This document shows positions 39,572-49,947 of a stretch of 64,000 nt of DNA, piece after piece. The notes beneath the pieces are model-generated. The model saw only the letters and a list, made by a program, of their open reading frames with translations, was not told where the DNA came from and did not search any database. Within the stretch, counting starts at the first letter, position 1. Each line of letters starts with the position of its first letter. The DNA is from Candidatus Cloacimonadota bacterium (GTDB lineage: Bacteria; Cloacimonadota; Cloacimonadia; G963667145). The position numbers and the translations under genes are program-made. The stretch spans positions 337,459 to 401,458 of the forward strand of contig OY762943.1 of NCBI GenBank assembly GCA_963667145.1, in the 5' to 3' direction.

Positions 39572-42500
39572 TTCGTCTATAAGTGTCACAATCTCCACCA
39601 TTTTTGCCAAATCTTGCTTGTCCCCTATGATGACTTTTAGTTGGAAATTTTGAGATAAATCGAACTCTACCTGATATTTACTGCTCATCAAATCTCGTAG
39701 TTTAGACTGCTCAGGAACTACAGCAAAAGTCAGCAAAAACCTTTTTTTGGCGTACTCAATCTTTTTAATACCAACCTTTTTCGCCAAAACACTGACAGTG
39801 TAATAAGCAATTGTTGACAGAGCATTGATGCCAATCGCACCGAACCTGTCTTCCAATTCCAAAACCAAATTGTCAAAATCCGCCTTGGAGGTGAAATTGA
39901 GCATCCGAGAGTAAATCTCCAGTCGCAACTCAGCGTCCGAAATATAATCGGCTGGGATATAAAATTCGCCCTCTAAATTGACATCAATCTTTTTCACCCT
40001 GAAATGCTCTTTCTCACCCATGTTGATGATGGCATCGTGGAGCAAATTGTTATAATAATTAAAGCCAATCTGTGCTATATTTCCAGATTGCCCCGTGCCG
40101 ACCATAGAGCCAACTCCCCGTATTTGCATATCCAACATAGCAACCTTGTAGCCGTTGCTTCCTTGCTCGGACAAAGACTGCAACCGCTTGTACTGATGCA
40201 AATCTGAATGCTTGGGCAACAGATAATAACAATAAGCTCGCTGAGTACTCCTGCCCACTCGACCACGGAGCTGATACAAACTGGACAAACCGAACAAATC
40301 CGCCCGATTGACAATCATCGTGTTGGCATTGGCAATATCAATTCCATTCTCAATAATGCTAGTACACACCAAAACAGAAAATTTATTGTGATAAAAATCG
40401 AGGATAATCTCTTCCAATTCCGTCTCTTTCATCTGTCCGTGAGCGATTTTCATACTGACATTCGGCAACAATTTTTGTAGCTTCTCCAACTCCTCTCCAA
40501 TGCTCTCAACCCTATTGTGAACAAAAAAGATCTGACCACCGCGATTCACCTCTTTTTGAATAACGTGCTTCAACAAATTTTTCTGATAATAACTGACAAC
40601 CGTCTTCACAGGCAATCTGTACTTTGGACCTGAGAGAATCAAACTGATGTCTTTCACTCCACTCAGAGCCATATTCAGAGTACGCGGGATGGGGGTTGCC
40701 GACATGTAGAGAGTGTCGATGTTGCTTTTCAATTTCCGCAATTTCTCTTTCGCTCGCACCCCAAATCTGTGTTCTTCGTCTATTACCAGCAAACCCAGCC
40801 GAGCAAAATCTATATCGGACGACAAAAGCCTGTGTGTCCCTATCACAATATCAACTGTGCCTTCCGCCAATTCCGCAACTGTTCTCTTCTGCTCGCTCTT
40901 TTTCACAAATCTGCTCAGCATCTTTATCCTCACGGGATACATAGCGAGTCTCTGCGAAAACACAGTGAACAATTGCTCACACAGCAAAGTAGTTGGCGAT
41001 AAAACCGCAACCTGATATGATGATGAAACCGCCTTGAAAGCCGCTCTAACGGCGACCTCAGTCTTGCCATAGCCCACATCTCCGCACAAAAGTCGTTCCA
41101 TCGGTTTCTCCGATTCCATATCCTCTTTTATCTGAGAAATCGCCTCAAACTGATCTCTGGTGGGCTCATATAAAAATTCGTTCTCCATACTCTCTTGCAA
41201 TTCGTTATCAGGCAAAAAGGATATACCTTTTTCTTGGGAACGCTTGGCATAGAAATCGACCAAATCTTTCGCAACAACTTTAATCTGCTCTTTGACTTTG
41301 CGTTTGGTATTCTGCCACCGCTTAGAGCCAATTTTATCCTGCTTGACCTCAATGCCCTCGGCTGCCACAAACTTCGACACCTTATCCAACGAATATGAGG
41401 GCAAATAAATGGCATCTCCACCCTGATAATACAGCACCAAGCACTCAATCGTTTTCCCATCAACCACATTGGTCTGCAAGCCTCCGTAAATGCCGATTCC
41501 ATAATCGGAATGAACCAAATATTCGCCCTGTTGCAAAGTCTCGGCTTTCTTGATTGTGGGATTGCCCTTGAAAGAGTTTTGCTTGGAAATGTAGCGATTG
41601 AAAATTTGATGGTCGGTAAAAACCGAAAGCTTTACATCGTCCAAGATAAAACCAGTTGAAAACACACCCAAATCGTAAGAAATCTCATAATCGTCTTTCA
41701 AGATTTTCTTGATTCGCTTGATTTGAGCCTTGTTATCCGCCTGCAAAACAATGGAATTACCAGCATCAAAGAACTTTTTTATTTCAACCTGCAAAAGCTC
41801 CATATTCCCCTGAAAATTCATCCCAACTTGCATATCAGACGGCAAAAATTCTTTCTCGGAATCGTAGATATTGCTAAAAGTATAAACCGATTTCAAAATG
41901 GTATTCAGTTTTCTTTCTTTGATGAAAATATCTTGTGAAGCAACCAAAGGTCTATCCACCTCATGCATTGCCACATCAGCCTCTTCTGCCAATTCGCCTT
42001 GAGCAGACAGCAAATTCAAATCGTCCAAAAAAACCAATACATTTCGCTTTTCCACCATAGCTTCAACGGGGAAAATCTCCGCCAAATCGTTTTCAATTCC
42101 CTGATAATAGCCAAACTCTTTTACTTTCTCGCCTATTTTCTCACTCTTGGGAGTTGCCTCAAATAGAGTAAATTCACGGGCAGGCAAAATTTTTATCTGT
42201 TTGAGTTCTGCGGTGGTTAACTGTGTTTGCAAGTCGAAATAACGAATTTTGGAGATGGTGTCGTATTCGTATTCTATTCGCACACCCAGCTGCTCACCGG
42301 GAATACAAATGTCAAAAATTTCACCACGAATTGCAAATTCACCGCCATCATACACCTGATAACTCTTGCCATATCCCAAGCCAATCAATTTCTCGCTCAG
42401 AGCTTCCTGTGAAATCTCCTCACCCACTTTTGCACAAAGAGAAGATAATTTTTGCTTCTTGGGCAAATTGCGTAAAGCGGAAGAAGGCGAAAGACAATAA

Positions 42501-42877
42501 ACACCAGATTTATTAGAATAAAAGCGGTCTAAAACCACTATCCTCTGCTCCAACACACCCAAAGAAGACGATCTACCTTCGTATGGCAGAAAATCAAAAT
42601 CTGGCAAAAACTGAGCAAAATTGTTTTGAATGAGATTAATATCGGAAACAATCTCCTGAATTTTGGGAATATTTGAACTGACAAAAAGAATTTTTTTCTT
42701 TTTAGTCACACTCAAAAAATACAGCCTCAGAGCTATATCCAACGCACAGTTTGTCCCGAAAATTGTTCTCTCGGGCAACAACAAAAACTCTTTTATCAGA
42801 GACGATTGGGCAATTTTACTAAGAATTGTTTTCATAATTTTCTCTTTACACAAACTATGAAAAATCCCTGATGTCAA
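39563..42877 (-). CDS. mfd: transcription-repair coupling factor
   Basis: 1104 aa with UvrB-like N-terminus, CarD/TRCF domain, DEAD/DEAH helicase motifs (GDVGYGKTEVA, DEEH) and a C-terminal TRCF domain. Confidence 0.9.
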   Translation of the reverse strand: MTSGIFHSLCKEKIMKTILSKIAQSSLIKEFLLLPERTIFGTNCALDIALRLYFLSVTKKKKILFVSSNIPKIQEIVSDINLIQNNFAQFLPDFDFLPYEGRSSSLGVLEQRIVVLDRFYSNKSGVYCLSPSSALRNLPKKQKLSSLCAKVGEEISQEALSEKLIGLGYGKSYQVYDGGEFAIRGEIFDICIPGEQLGVRIEYEYDTISKIRYFDLQTQLTTAELKQIKILPAREFTLFEATPKSEKIGEKVKEFGYYQGIENDLAEIFPVEAMVEKRNVLVFLDDLNLLSAQGELAEEADVAMHEVDRPLVASQDIFIKERKLNTILKSVYTFSNIYDSEKEFLPSDMQVGMNFQGNMELLQVEIKKFFDAGNSIVLQADNKAQIKRIKKILKDDYEISYDLGVFSTGFILDDVKLSVFTDHQIFNRYISKQNSFKGNPTIKKAETLQQGEYLVHSDYGIGIYGGLQTNVVDGKTIECLVLYYQGGDAIYLPSYSLDKVSKFVAAEGIEVKQDKIGSKRWQNTKRKVKEQIKVVAKDLVDFYAKRSQEKGISFLPDNELQESMENEFLYEPTRDQFEAISQIKEDMESEKPMERLLCGDVGYGKTEVAVRAAFKAVSSSYQVAVLSPTTLLCEQLFTVFSQRLAMYPVRIKMLSRFVKKSEQKRTVAELAEGTVDIVIGTHRLLSSDIDFARLGLLVIDEEHRFGVRAKEKLRKLKSNIDTLYMSATPIPRTLNMALSGVKDISLILSGPKYRLPVKTVVSYYQKNLLKHVIQKEVNRGGQIFFVHNRVESIGEELEKLQKLLPNVSMKIAHGQMKETELEEIILDFYHNKFSVLVCTSIIENGIDIANANTMIVNRADLFGLSSLYQLRGRVGRSTQRAYCYYLLPKHSDLHQYKRLQSLSEQGSNGYKVAMLDMQIRGVGSMVGTGQSGNIAQIGFNYYNNLLHDAIINMGEKEHFRVKKIDVNLEGEFYIPADYISDAELRLEIYSRMLNFTSKADFDNLVLELEDRFGAIGINALSTIAYYTVSVLAKKVGIKKIEYAKKRFLLTFAVVPEQSKLRDLMSSKYQVEFDLSQNFQLKVIIGDKQDLAKMVEIVTLIDESN

Positions 42878-42893
42878 TAAATTTTAAGGAATT

Positions 42894-43757
42894 ATGCGAA
42901 AAACAATTATATTTTTATTTTTATGTTTTTGGGAAAATTGGGCTTTCCCCTCTGCCTTTGATTATCTTGAGGAAATCACTGAATTCGGTCCTCGTGTACC
43001 AAACTCTTATGCCAGCGAACAAACTCGACAATACATAATCGAAAAGTTGAGTCCCTTGCCAAATATCGAAATCAGGATAGACACCTTTTTCACTTTTTTG
43101 AGAGGCAAAGCTCAAATCGGAATAAATATCATCGCAAGGTCAAATCCAGAAATTGAAGACAGAATGTTACTCTGCACGCATTACGACACTAGATTTTCTG
43201 CTGACGACGATGCCGAAACAGCTCACTTGCCTGTCCCTGGAGCAAACGATGGAGCCAGTGGCGTTGCCGCTTTGCTCACTATCGCCGAAGGAAACGCCAA
43301 CTATCACACCAAGCTCGGTTTGGACTTCGCCTTTTTCGATTTGGAAGACCAAGGAGAAGACGGTTCGTCCGAATATTGGGCTTTGGGTGCTAAAAATTTT
43401 TGCAACAAAATATCGCCAACTACCTATAAATTGGTCATCTTACTGGATATGATTGCGGGCAAAAATCAAGAATTTCCTCAAGAAAATTTCACCAAATCTT
43501 CTTTCCCAGAACTGAACAACGCCTTTTGGGAAATGGGGAAACTGAGCAGAAAAAAAGGCTCGTGGATATACGATGACCATATGCCTTTCGTTGCGATGGG
43601 AGTCCCGACAATCGCCGTGATAGGCTGGCCGTATCCGCAACATCACACCATCTATGACACCCCAAAATATTGCCGACCAAACACCCTGAACAAAATAATC
43701 AACACAACGTACAGATTTTTGAGATACTACAGCGAAAATCAGTACAAACTCAAATAA
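42894..43757 (+). CDS. M28 family zinc peptidase (glutaminyl-cyclase-like)
   Basis: Signal peptide plus M28 metal-ligand regions (HYDT..., NDGASGVAALL, FFDLEDQGEDGS). Confidence 0.65.
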   Translation: MRKTIIFLFLCFWENWAFPSAFDYLEEITEFGPRVPNSYASEQTRQYIIEKLSPLPNIEIRIDTFFTFLRGKAQIGINIIARSNPEIEDRMLLCTHYDTRFSADDDAETAHLPVPGANDGASGVAALLTIAEGNANYHTKLGLDFAFFDLEDQGEDGSSEYWALGAKNFCNKISPTTYKLVILLDMIAGKNQEFPQENFTKSSFPELNNAFWEMGKLSRKKGSWIYDDHMPFVAMGVPTIAVIGWPYPQHHTIYDTPKYCRPNTLNKIINTTYRFLRYYSENQYKLK

Positions 43758-45601
43758 ATTTCTTCTTTCTCTTCCAAACTTTTTTCAAATTTCTCGAAAA
43801 TCTGCTTCTGCTTCTCAATCTTGCTGTGAATCTCTTCCAATAAATCTTTATTCTGATAAATTTTTTTATCAGAAAGCAAAGCATAATTGATTTCGAGTTC
43901 ATCTTTGACTTCAGCCAACTTATTTTCAATCTCAACTATTTCTTGCTCCATCGCTTTCAATTTATGTGGATTCGTTCGCTGACTTTTCGGCTTTTCTACC
44001 TCTTTTTTCGCTTTCTTCCGCTTCTCATAGCTAAATTTTTCATAATCACAATCCAAGCTCTCTTTGATGCCATTTTCGGAGAAAATCCAAAACTTGGTTG
44101 CTAATTTTTCCACAAAGTATTTGTCATGACAAACAAAAAGTAAACTGCCTTTGTACACAGCCAAAGCGTTCTCCAGAGCCAAAATCATCTTCAAGTCCAA
44201 ATGATTGGTAGGCTCGTCCAAAACAAGGAAGTTGGGATTTTGCAAAATCAATCTGGCAAGATGTAGTCGTGATTTCTCTCCTCCACTCAAGGTAGAAATC
44301 TTGCGTTCAACATCGTCGCCCGTGAACTCATAAGCCGCCAAATATGACAAAGGTTTGCCAATCGGCTCGCCCGACATCAATTCCCAAATGCTCTGCAAAA
44401 CTGTTTGTCCCGAGGGAAAATTATAATTATTTTGCTCAAAATACCCGATTTTTAAATTGCTTCCGTGTTTCACTTCTCCAGACAAAGCGGACAATTTCCC
44501 GCAAACAGTGGACAAAAAAGTCGATTTTCCACATCCATTTTTCCCAATTAAAGCAACTCTATCTCCGCAAGAAAGCAACAGATTGATGTCGCTAATAACA
44601 ACTTTATCCCCATAACCGACGGACAAGTTGCGACACTCGATAACTTTTTCGCCAGTCCGCATAGTGTCCTTAAACAAAAGACTGAAATCTCTTTCGTCTT
44701 GTGGCTTTTCCAGAATCTCCATCTTATTCAGAGCCTTTAATCGGGAAGCCGCTTGCTTGGTCTTTTGTCCCGCCATATTGCGAGCAATGAAGTCTTTAGT
44801 TTTAGCTATATCTTTCTGCTGGAGAGTGTACTGTTTCTTTTGCTGACGGCACAACACGGCAAACTCTTCCTGAAAATGATTGAAATTCCCATTATAAATC
44901 CGCAATCTCTGCTGATGTAGATGAAAAAGTTTCGTGGTAACTTTGTCCAAAAAGCTTCTGTTGTGGGAAATCACCAAATAAGGCTTTTTTAGGTTGATTA
45001 AATATTTTTCCAGCCACGAAATCATCACAAAGTCAAGATGGTTGGTGGGTTCATCTAATAGGAGCATATCGAAATCGGACAAAAGAACTTTAGCCAATTG
45101 CAAACGTGCGAGTTGACCACCGCTCAAGCTACCCAGAGGCAAATCCCAACTGTCTTCATCAAAATTCAAGTGAACGAGGACAGATTTGATTTTGGAATCT
45201 AAAGTAAATCCACCCAACTCCTCGAATTTGTCTTGCAAATCAGCCAATTGATGAATATCTTCATAACTCTTTTCCACAGTCATTTTCTGCGTAAGATGAT
45301 GAATTTCCCGCTCCAAATCGTGCAGCTCTTTGCCAACTCCAGCTACAAAATCCCAAACAGAAATATCGTAACTACCCAAAAAATGTTGTTCCAGAAAAGC
45401 GATTTTCAGATTGGACTTTTTGCTGACTTTCCCTTTCAGCAGAGTTTTGCCATCCAAAAGAGCAGAAAAAAAAGAAGATTTGCCACAACCATTGTCGCCG
45501 ATTACGCCGATTTTATCGGCATCCTGTATCATAAACGACGCATCGGTCAAAAGCTCTTTATCGGAATAGCCAACACATAAATTGCTGGCAGATAAAATCA
45601 T
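43739..45601 (-). CDS. ABC-F family ATPase (tandem ABC domains, C-terminal coiled-coil)
   Basis: Two Walker A motifs (GDNGCGKSS, GKNGCGKST) and two LSGG signatures. The start is taken as M110 of the listed ORF (MILSASNLCVGY...) at 45601..45599, which forms an ATGA overlap with the upstream ricT stop. Confidence 0.8.
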   Translation of the reverse strand: MILSASNLCVGYSDKELLTDASFMIQDADKIGVIGDNGCGKSSFFSALLDGKTLLKGKVSKKSNLKIAFLEQHFLGSYDISVWDFVAGVGKELHDLEREIHHLTQKMTVEKSYEDIHQLADLQDKFEELGGFTLDSKIKSVLVHLNFDEDSWDLPLGSLSGGQLARLQLAKVLLSDFDMLLLDEPTNHLDFVMISWLEKYLINLKKPYLVISHNRSFLDKVTTKLFHLHQQRLRIYNGNFNHFQEEFAVLCRQQKKQYTLQQKDIAKTKDFIARNMAGQKTKQAASRLKALNKMEILEKPQDERDFSLLFKDTMRTGEKVIECRNLSVGYGDKVVISDINLLLSCGDRVALIGKNGCGKSTFLSTVCGKLSALSGEVKHGSNLKIGYFEQNNYNFPSGQTVLQSIWELMSGEPIGKPLSYLAAYEFTGDDVERKISTLSGGEKSRLHLARLILQNPNFLVLDEPTNHLDLKMILALENALAVYKGSLLFVCHDKYFVEKLATKFWIFSENGIKESLDCDYEKFSYEKRKKAKKEVEKPKSQRTNPHKLKAMEQEIVEIENKLAEVKDELEINYALLSDKKIYQNKDLLEEIHSKIEKQKQIFEKFEKSLEEKEEIYLSLY

Positions 45602-46389
45602 TCCTCTATTTTTCCCACAATATTTTTGACAGTCTCCAAAGGCAATTCCAAAGGCTCTTGACCATCTTTTACACCTATCAGATGCACCTTTTCCTTGGAA
45701 ATATCGTTGAAGGTAATAAAATAGTTTTCGCCCTTGTATCTGACTTTGGAGCCAATTTTCGGATACGACTGATAAATATCTTTTTCGTAATCCAAACAGC
45801 ACAAAAGACGTCCGCAAGGACCAGAAATTTGAGATAAATTCCCAGAGAGATTTTGTTGCTTCACCATTTTCACGGAAATTGGTTGAAATTTTTGCAGATG
45901 CCCATGGCAACAATAAGATCTGCCACACGAGCCAATTCCGCCCATATTTTTCGTCCTATCTCGCGAAGATATTTGGATAAACTCGATTCGCTTACCAAAA
46001 ATCGTAGCCAACTCCTTGGCAAATTCCCTGAAATCGACCCTTCCGTCCGAAGTGAACAAAAACAGCATCTTCTTGCCATCGAACTGCTGAACTCCGTAAA
46101 ATAGGTTCATCTCGATAGAATGATGAGTTATTGTCTTGTTGTATATCTCTTCGGCTTTTTTCTCCTCGTCCTTGAGAGCGTGCAACTTCGCCAAATCTTT
46201 TTCATCAGCAACCCGCAAAATCTTTTTGTACTCTTCTTCCACCGAAAATTCTTCGCCCACAGAAACCACTGTTGCAATGTCGTAGCCATATTCCAAATTG
46301 ACAATGACCCGTTGCAGAGGCGAAATAGCAAACTCTGGTGAATGATAAAACTGTTGCCGACCTGTTCTAAATGTTATTTTAACAGCCAT
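45598..46389 (-). CDS. ricT: PSP1 C-terminal domain protein (RicT/YaaT-like)
   Basis: 263 aa with a conserved PSP1-type core and clustered cysteines (SCGRSYCCHGH..CGRLLCC), as in Bacillus YaaT/RicT. Confidence 0.6.
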   Translation of the reverse strand: MAVKITFRTGRQQFYHSPEFAISPLQRVIVNLEYGYDIATVVSVGEEFSVEEEYKKILRVADEKDLAKLHALKDEEKKAEEIYNKTITHHSIEMNLFYGVQQFDGKKMLFLFTSDGRVDFREFAKELATIFGKRIEFIQISSRDRTKNMGGIGSCGRSYCCHGHLQKFQPISVKMVKQQNLSGNLSQISGPCGRLLCCLDYEKDIYQSYPKIGSKVRYKGENYFITFNDISKEKVHLIGVKDGQEPLELPLETVKNIVGKIEE

Positions 46390-47566
46390 AAAATTTTAAC
46401 TCTTTCTTATAAATTTTTTCTAATCTTTTCTTTTCCAAAGAAGCAATTTTTTCGCCTCTTCTCCCTTTTACAATCTTCAGGGTCTCCAAAAATTTCTCAA
46501 ACTCGTATAGAGAAACGCTGTCAGCAGTGCCAAATCTGAAGTTGCCTATTTTACCCTGAATTAGTTCCGTGCCAAATATACAACACGCTGTGCCAATATA
46601 AGCCCCAGTGTTTATCATAGACCCTATACCCAACTTGGTGTAATCTCCGACTACGCAACCCAAAAACTGCCTTTCGGTGTTGATTTTCTCTTCGCCATAA
46701 GAATACGATTTAACTTGAGAATAGTTGTTTTTCAGGTCGGAGCATGTCGTTCCAGCACCCAAATTTACCCAAGAACCAATGTAACTCTCTCCGATAAAGC
46801 CATAATGTTGCTTATTAGAAAAATCGTCAATGATTGCTCCGTCAACCTCGCCACCGATTTTGCAATAGTTGCCGATAGTTGCTCCGTTCTTCAAGTGAGC
46901 AAACGGATTTATCACAGAATTTTCGCCAATATAACACGGCCCCTGCACCACAGCTTGACTACCAATTTTAGCACCATCATCGATGATAATCGCTCCATTA
47001 CGAGCATCTATCACAGCTCCAGGGTCTATCTCCACATCTTTCCCCAGCCATACGCTGTACGGATTGAGCATCGTTACAAAATGACCTGGGATACTGAAGC
47101 TATCTGCACCATCGAAAAATAGCTTGAAATCGTCGTTAATCTGCTGTCCATTGTCAGCTACCAAATCCCACCAATGCTCACATAGAGCGTCCTCACAATA
47201 TTCAACATTGCTACATTTTTCAAGATTTTTGTAAGTGAATTTGCTCGAAACTTTAGTCTTAATAGCAACAATTCTTTCTTTCTGCTTTTCCAATAAAAGG
47301 CAATCAACTTTCAAATCTTTAATTTTCACAACCAAATCAGAATTTAATTTAACACTGGAATTTACCAACAAATATTCCCCAGCCAATAATTCCAAGTCGT
47401 TTAAATTTTGGGTATTTTCAAACTCCGCAAACTCTTCAAAATATTTGCATATTCTTTGACCCTGCGTGAAGCAACCTCGTCGCAAAGAAGAAACACTTCG
47501 CGAAGAACTAAATGGTGCAAGGTATCGATTGTCTGAATCGTCAAAAATAACAAGTTTAAGATTCAT
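46379..47566 (-). CDS. left-handed beta-helix (hexapeptide-repeat) protein, putative GlmU-like sugar nucleotidyltransferase family
   Basis: C-terminal [LIV]-G-x-x-x-x hexapeptide repeats (IGSQAVVQGPCYIGENSVINPFAHLKNGATIGNYCKIG...) and a degenerate NTP-transferase-like N-terminus. Confidence 0.55.
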   Translation of the reverse strand: MNLKLVIFDDSDNRYLAPFSSSRSVSSLRRGCFTQGQRICKYFEEFAEFENTQNLNDLELLAGEYLLVNSSVKLNSDLVVKIKDLKVDCLLLEKQKERIVAIKTKVSSKFTYKNLEKCSNVEYCEDALCEHWWDLVADNGQQINDDFKLFFDGADSFSIPGHFVTMLNPYSVWLGKDVEIDPGAVIDARNGAIIIDDGAKIGSQAVVQGPCYIGENSVINPFAHLKNGATIGNYCKIGGEVDGAIIDDFSNKQHYGFIGESYIGSWVNLGAGTTCSDLKNNYSQVKSYSYGEEKINTERQFLGCVVGDYTKLGIGSMINTGAYIGTACCIFGTELIQGKIGNFRFGTADSVSLYEFEKFLETLKIVKGRRGEKIASLEKKRLEKIYKKELKFYGC

Positions 47567-47843
47567 AAATCAAAACTTTTTTGTTCCTCTTTCGCCAAGC
47601 CTCGTGCAATTGCAAAATTTCCATCTGAAACAAAGTTTTTTTGTCCTCATCCCGAAAAGTGAGAATGTCCATCCAGTGCATCCGATTGTCTTTCCCCTTG
47701 AAAGATTTTTGAGGAAATTCCACCTGCAAACGACCGTCCTTCCGCAAGATAGAAACCTCGTTTATATACACACCTTCGCATATCTCGATGATGGCACGCG
47801 AGTCCACCACACCTTTGGAGACATCTTTAAAAATTACTTTCAT
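47556..47843 (-). CDS. spoVG: SpoVG family protein
   Basis: Core about 95 aa from M16 of the listed ORF (MKVIFKDVSKGVV...) matches SpoVG. Choosing this start gives an ATGA overlap with the nif3 stop. Confidence 0.6.
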   Translation of the reverse strand: MKVIFKDVSKGVVDSRAIIEICEGVYINEVSILRKDGRLQVEFPQKSFKGKDNRMHWMDILTFRDEDKKTLFQMEILQLHEAWRKRNKKVLIYES

Positions 47844-48574
47844 ATTACCTCTAATCGCTGTATTTTGTGTCTTTTCGGCACAAAACACTCAATGTTCATT
47901 TTATTTAATTGCGTTTGCAAAATCTCAATAGCAACACTCTCACTCCAATAGTGACCAACATCCAAAATGGAAACCTTGCTGTCTATGATTTGATGATATT
48001 TAAAATCCGCAGAAACCAGAATATCAGCTTTGTTCTCCAAGAGAGGCAACAAATGGCTACCGTTACCGCCACACACAGCAACTGTTCGCACCTTTTCCCG
48101 CAACGAATAAAGTTCCACGAATGGAGCTTGCAATCTCTTTTTCACAAATTCTGCAAAGTCAACAGTTGCCATCTCGGAAATTTCCCCCATTAACCCAAAC
48201 TCTTCTGTCTGGCTAATGTGGCTCAAGTTCGTAAGTTTCAACGCTTTTGCCAATCTGTAATTTACTCCCTCTTCGGCTATATCCAGATTTGTGTGAGCAC
48301 AAATTACATTGATTTTGTTCTCGATAATTCGCAAGTAGAGTTCGTTGCAAATAAATTTCAAGGGAGAAATAAATAGTGGATGATGAGAAACTATCAGCTC
48401 CGCTCCGAATTCAAGAGCCAACTCAACCGCCGACTCGTCTATGTCCAAACAAACCACAGCCTTGGAAATATTTCTATCGGTGCGTCCCACCAAAAGACCC
48501 ACATTGTCCCAGTCGGACGCCGATTCCCACGGAGCAAATTTATCCAAATTCGTCAAAATTTCGTTGATTTTCAT
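47840..48574 (-). CDS. Nif3-like dinuclear metal centre protein (YqfO/GTP cyclohydrolase 1 type 2 family)
   Basis: N-terminal W(E/D)NVGLLVG motif and His/Glu metal ligands. 244 aa. Confidence 0.8.
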   Translation of the reverse strand: MKINEILTNLDKFAPWESASDWDNVGLLVGRTDRNISKAVVCLDIDESAVELALEFGAELIVSHHPLFISPLKFICNELYLRIIENKINVICAHTNLDIAEEGVNYRLAKALKLTNLSHISQTEEFGLMGEISEMATVDFAEFVKKRLQAPFVELYSLREKVRTVAVCGGNGSHLLPLLENKADILVSADFKYHQIIDSKVSILDVGHYWSESVAIEILQTQLNKMNIECFVPKRHKIQRLEVI

Positions 48575-48740
48575 ACGCTCACAAAGAAATGAATAACGCT
48601 GTTATTAGTCAATAAATTATCCGTGGTAAATTTATTTGGAATTTGTCTTTATGATGGCTTTTTGAATTCACTCAATCATTATTCAACTATATTTTCGCTA
48701 GCGTAAAACAATTGATAGTTCCCTATCCCAACCAATTATA

Positions 48741-48900
48741 GATTCCCGCGTTTCAAGCACAATAGTACTAAGCAACAGATTAACGTTGTGCTTGATAGAC
48801 TGCGGGAATGAGGGTGCTTTGGACTTCCTGCTCTCATACTCACGCAAGTGGGTGTCCATCTTCTTGCTTCTCTATTCCTCATGCTTGCGAAAACGGTTAT
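48741..48900. repeat. repeat module A1/B1: nested palindrome (TCCCGCG...CGCGGGAATGAGG) followed by a B unit of about 80 nt
   Basis: GATTCCCGCG-(inner IR CAAGCACAA..TTGTGCTTG)-TGCGGGAATGAGG, then GTGCTTTGGACTTCCTGCTCTCATACTCACGCAAGTGGGTGTCCATCT. Copies A2/B2, A3/B3 and A4 occur elsewhere in the flanks. Confidence 0.7.
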
Positions 48901-48911
48901 CCATTTTTGAT

Positions 48912-49215
48912 GTTCATTTTTTTGCCGGAAAAAAACGAACCAAAAAACCTCCTTTTGTCATAAAATCGCTAAAACAGGGTCGTGAGATGCAGTGGTGCTG
49001 ACTCTGAGTAGAGACACCTCCGAGTAAACGACTATCCTCTGCTTCTCATAAATCACTTTTGCAATTCTCTAATGATGCTATGTTGTTAGCTAAATTATGC
49101 CAAAAGTCAAGCCCAGCTCAACCCAAAGAGTGCTTCACTCGGGGTGGGGTGGCTACAAATCCTTCAAGTCGAGCCTCGTGAAAATAGAAAACGACTGAAG
49201 TTAATTATTGTGCGA
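48912..49215. repeat. repeat module X1+Y1 (about 300 nt), direct repeat of 54494..54965
   Basis: TCATTTTTTTGCCGGAAAAAAACGAACCAAAAAACCTCCTTTTGTCATAAAATCGCTAAAACAG...GTGCTTCACTCGGGGTGGGGTGGC|TACAAATCC...GAAAATAGAAAACGACTGAAGT is shared with the right flank, identity about 75-95% per segment. Confidence 0.75.
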
Positions 49216-49326
49216 TACCTGTCGTCTCTTGCAGAATTTCTAATCTGACTTCACAGGTTGAGCTTACAATAATGCGAAGGAGTTGAATATTTTAGAGGTG
49301 AGACTTTGGATTTTGAATTTACCTTT

Positions 49327-49361
49327 GGTTCTTTCGCTTTGGTCACACAAAGGGAAAGAAC
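49327..49361. repeat. conserved hairpin module Z1 (GGTTCTTTCGCTTTG-GTCACAC-AAAGGGAAAGAAC)
   Basis: Imperfect stem of about 13 bp. An identical copy lies at 54650..54684, with the same 5' context GAATTTACCTTT. Confidence 0.7.
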
Positions 49362-49368
49362 ATAAAAT

Positions 49369-49500
49369 GGATTCCCGTTTTCACGGGAATGAGGGAAAAA
49401 AGCGAAAATGAGGATGATTGGGCTTCCTGCCCTCATACTCACGTAAGTGGGTATCTATCTCCCTGTTTCTCTACGCCTCATACTCACTGTCTATCAAGCA
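49369..49500. repeat. repeat module A2/B2
   Basis: GGATTCCCGTTTTCACGGGAATGAGG followed by GGCTTCCTGCCCTCATACTCACGTAAGTGGGTATCTATCTCC, about 80% identical to B1. Confidence 0.7.
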
Positions 49501-49777
49501 CAACTCTTTAACTTCTCCATCTTGCTTTTGTGCTTGGGGTGGATAAACTCTGAACACCAAAGAGGAGCAGTCTTAAATATCCATCTATGAAATGCAAAGC
49601 CAACTTATTGCAATAGCTAAACTTGAAGAGTACACGGGAGCATGCTGTACTTGATTCTCTGCTGGCGACTCGCAACGACTGCTACTATGTGGGCAGAGCG
49701 GTTTTTTCTTTCCCTCCTCTTTCTTTTTGAGCGGTCAAAAAGTAAAGAGGAGACTCTCTGTAAGAGAACATCCCAGC

Positions 49778-49870
49778 CACTGCCCTTGCTGGATTCCCGC
49801 GTCCGCGGGAATGAGGAGGGAAGGAGCGGGAATGGGGCGTGCTTTGGGGCTTCCTGCCCTCTTACCTCAT
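49778..49870. repeat. repeat module A3/B3 (GC-rich)
   Basis: GGATTCCCGCGTCCGCGGGAATGAGG, a second partial GAGCGGGAATGGGG, then GTGCTTTGGGGCTTCCTGCCCTC. Followed at 49880..49930 by an imperfect long palindrome CTGCGGAG..GTGTCC/GGACAC..CTCCGCAG. Confidence 0.65.
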
Positions 49871-49947
49871 GCCTGCGGAGGCGGTGTCCAGTTGGGTGAC
49901 AGATGGGGACACTCCGCAGCTCCTCACTCTCGTGCAGGCGACTGCAC

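Noticed and set aside
48912-49215. tmRNA, RNase P RNA, SRP RNA or tRNA hidden in the GC-rich flank (GGGGTGGGGTGGC... start)
   Set aside because: No tRNA-like T-arm (GGTTCGAATCC), no tag-peptide reading frame ending in GCNGCNTAA, and none of the RNase P or SRP universal motifs were found by eye. It is left as unclassified repeat DNA.
48741-49870. CRISPR array formed by the recurring TCCCG...CGGGAATGAGG palindromes
   Set aside because: The units differ in sequence and in loop length (3 to 41 nt). Spacing is irregular (about 630 and 410 nt). No cas genes are present. This is not CRISPR-like.
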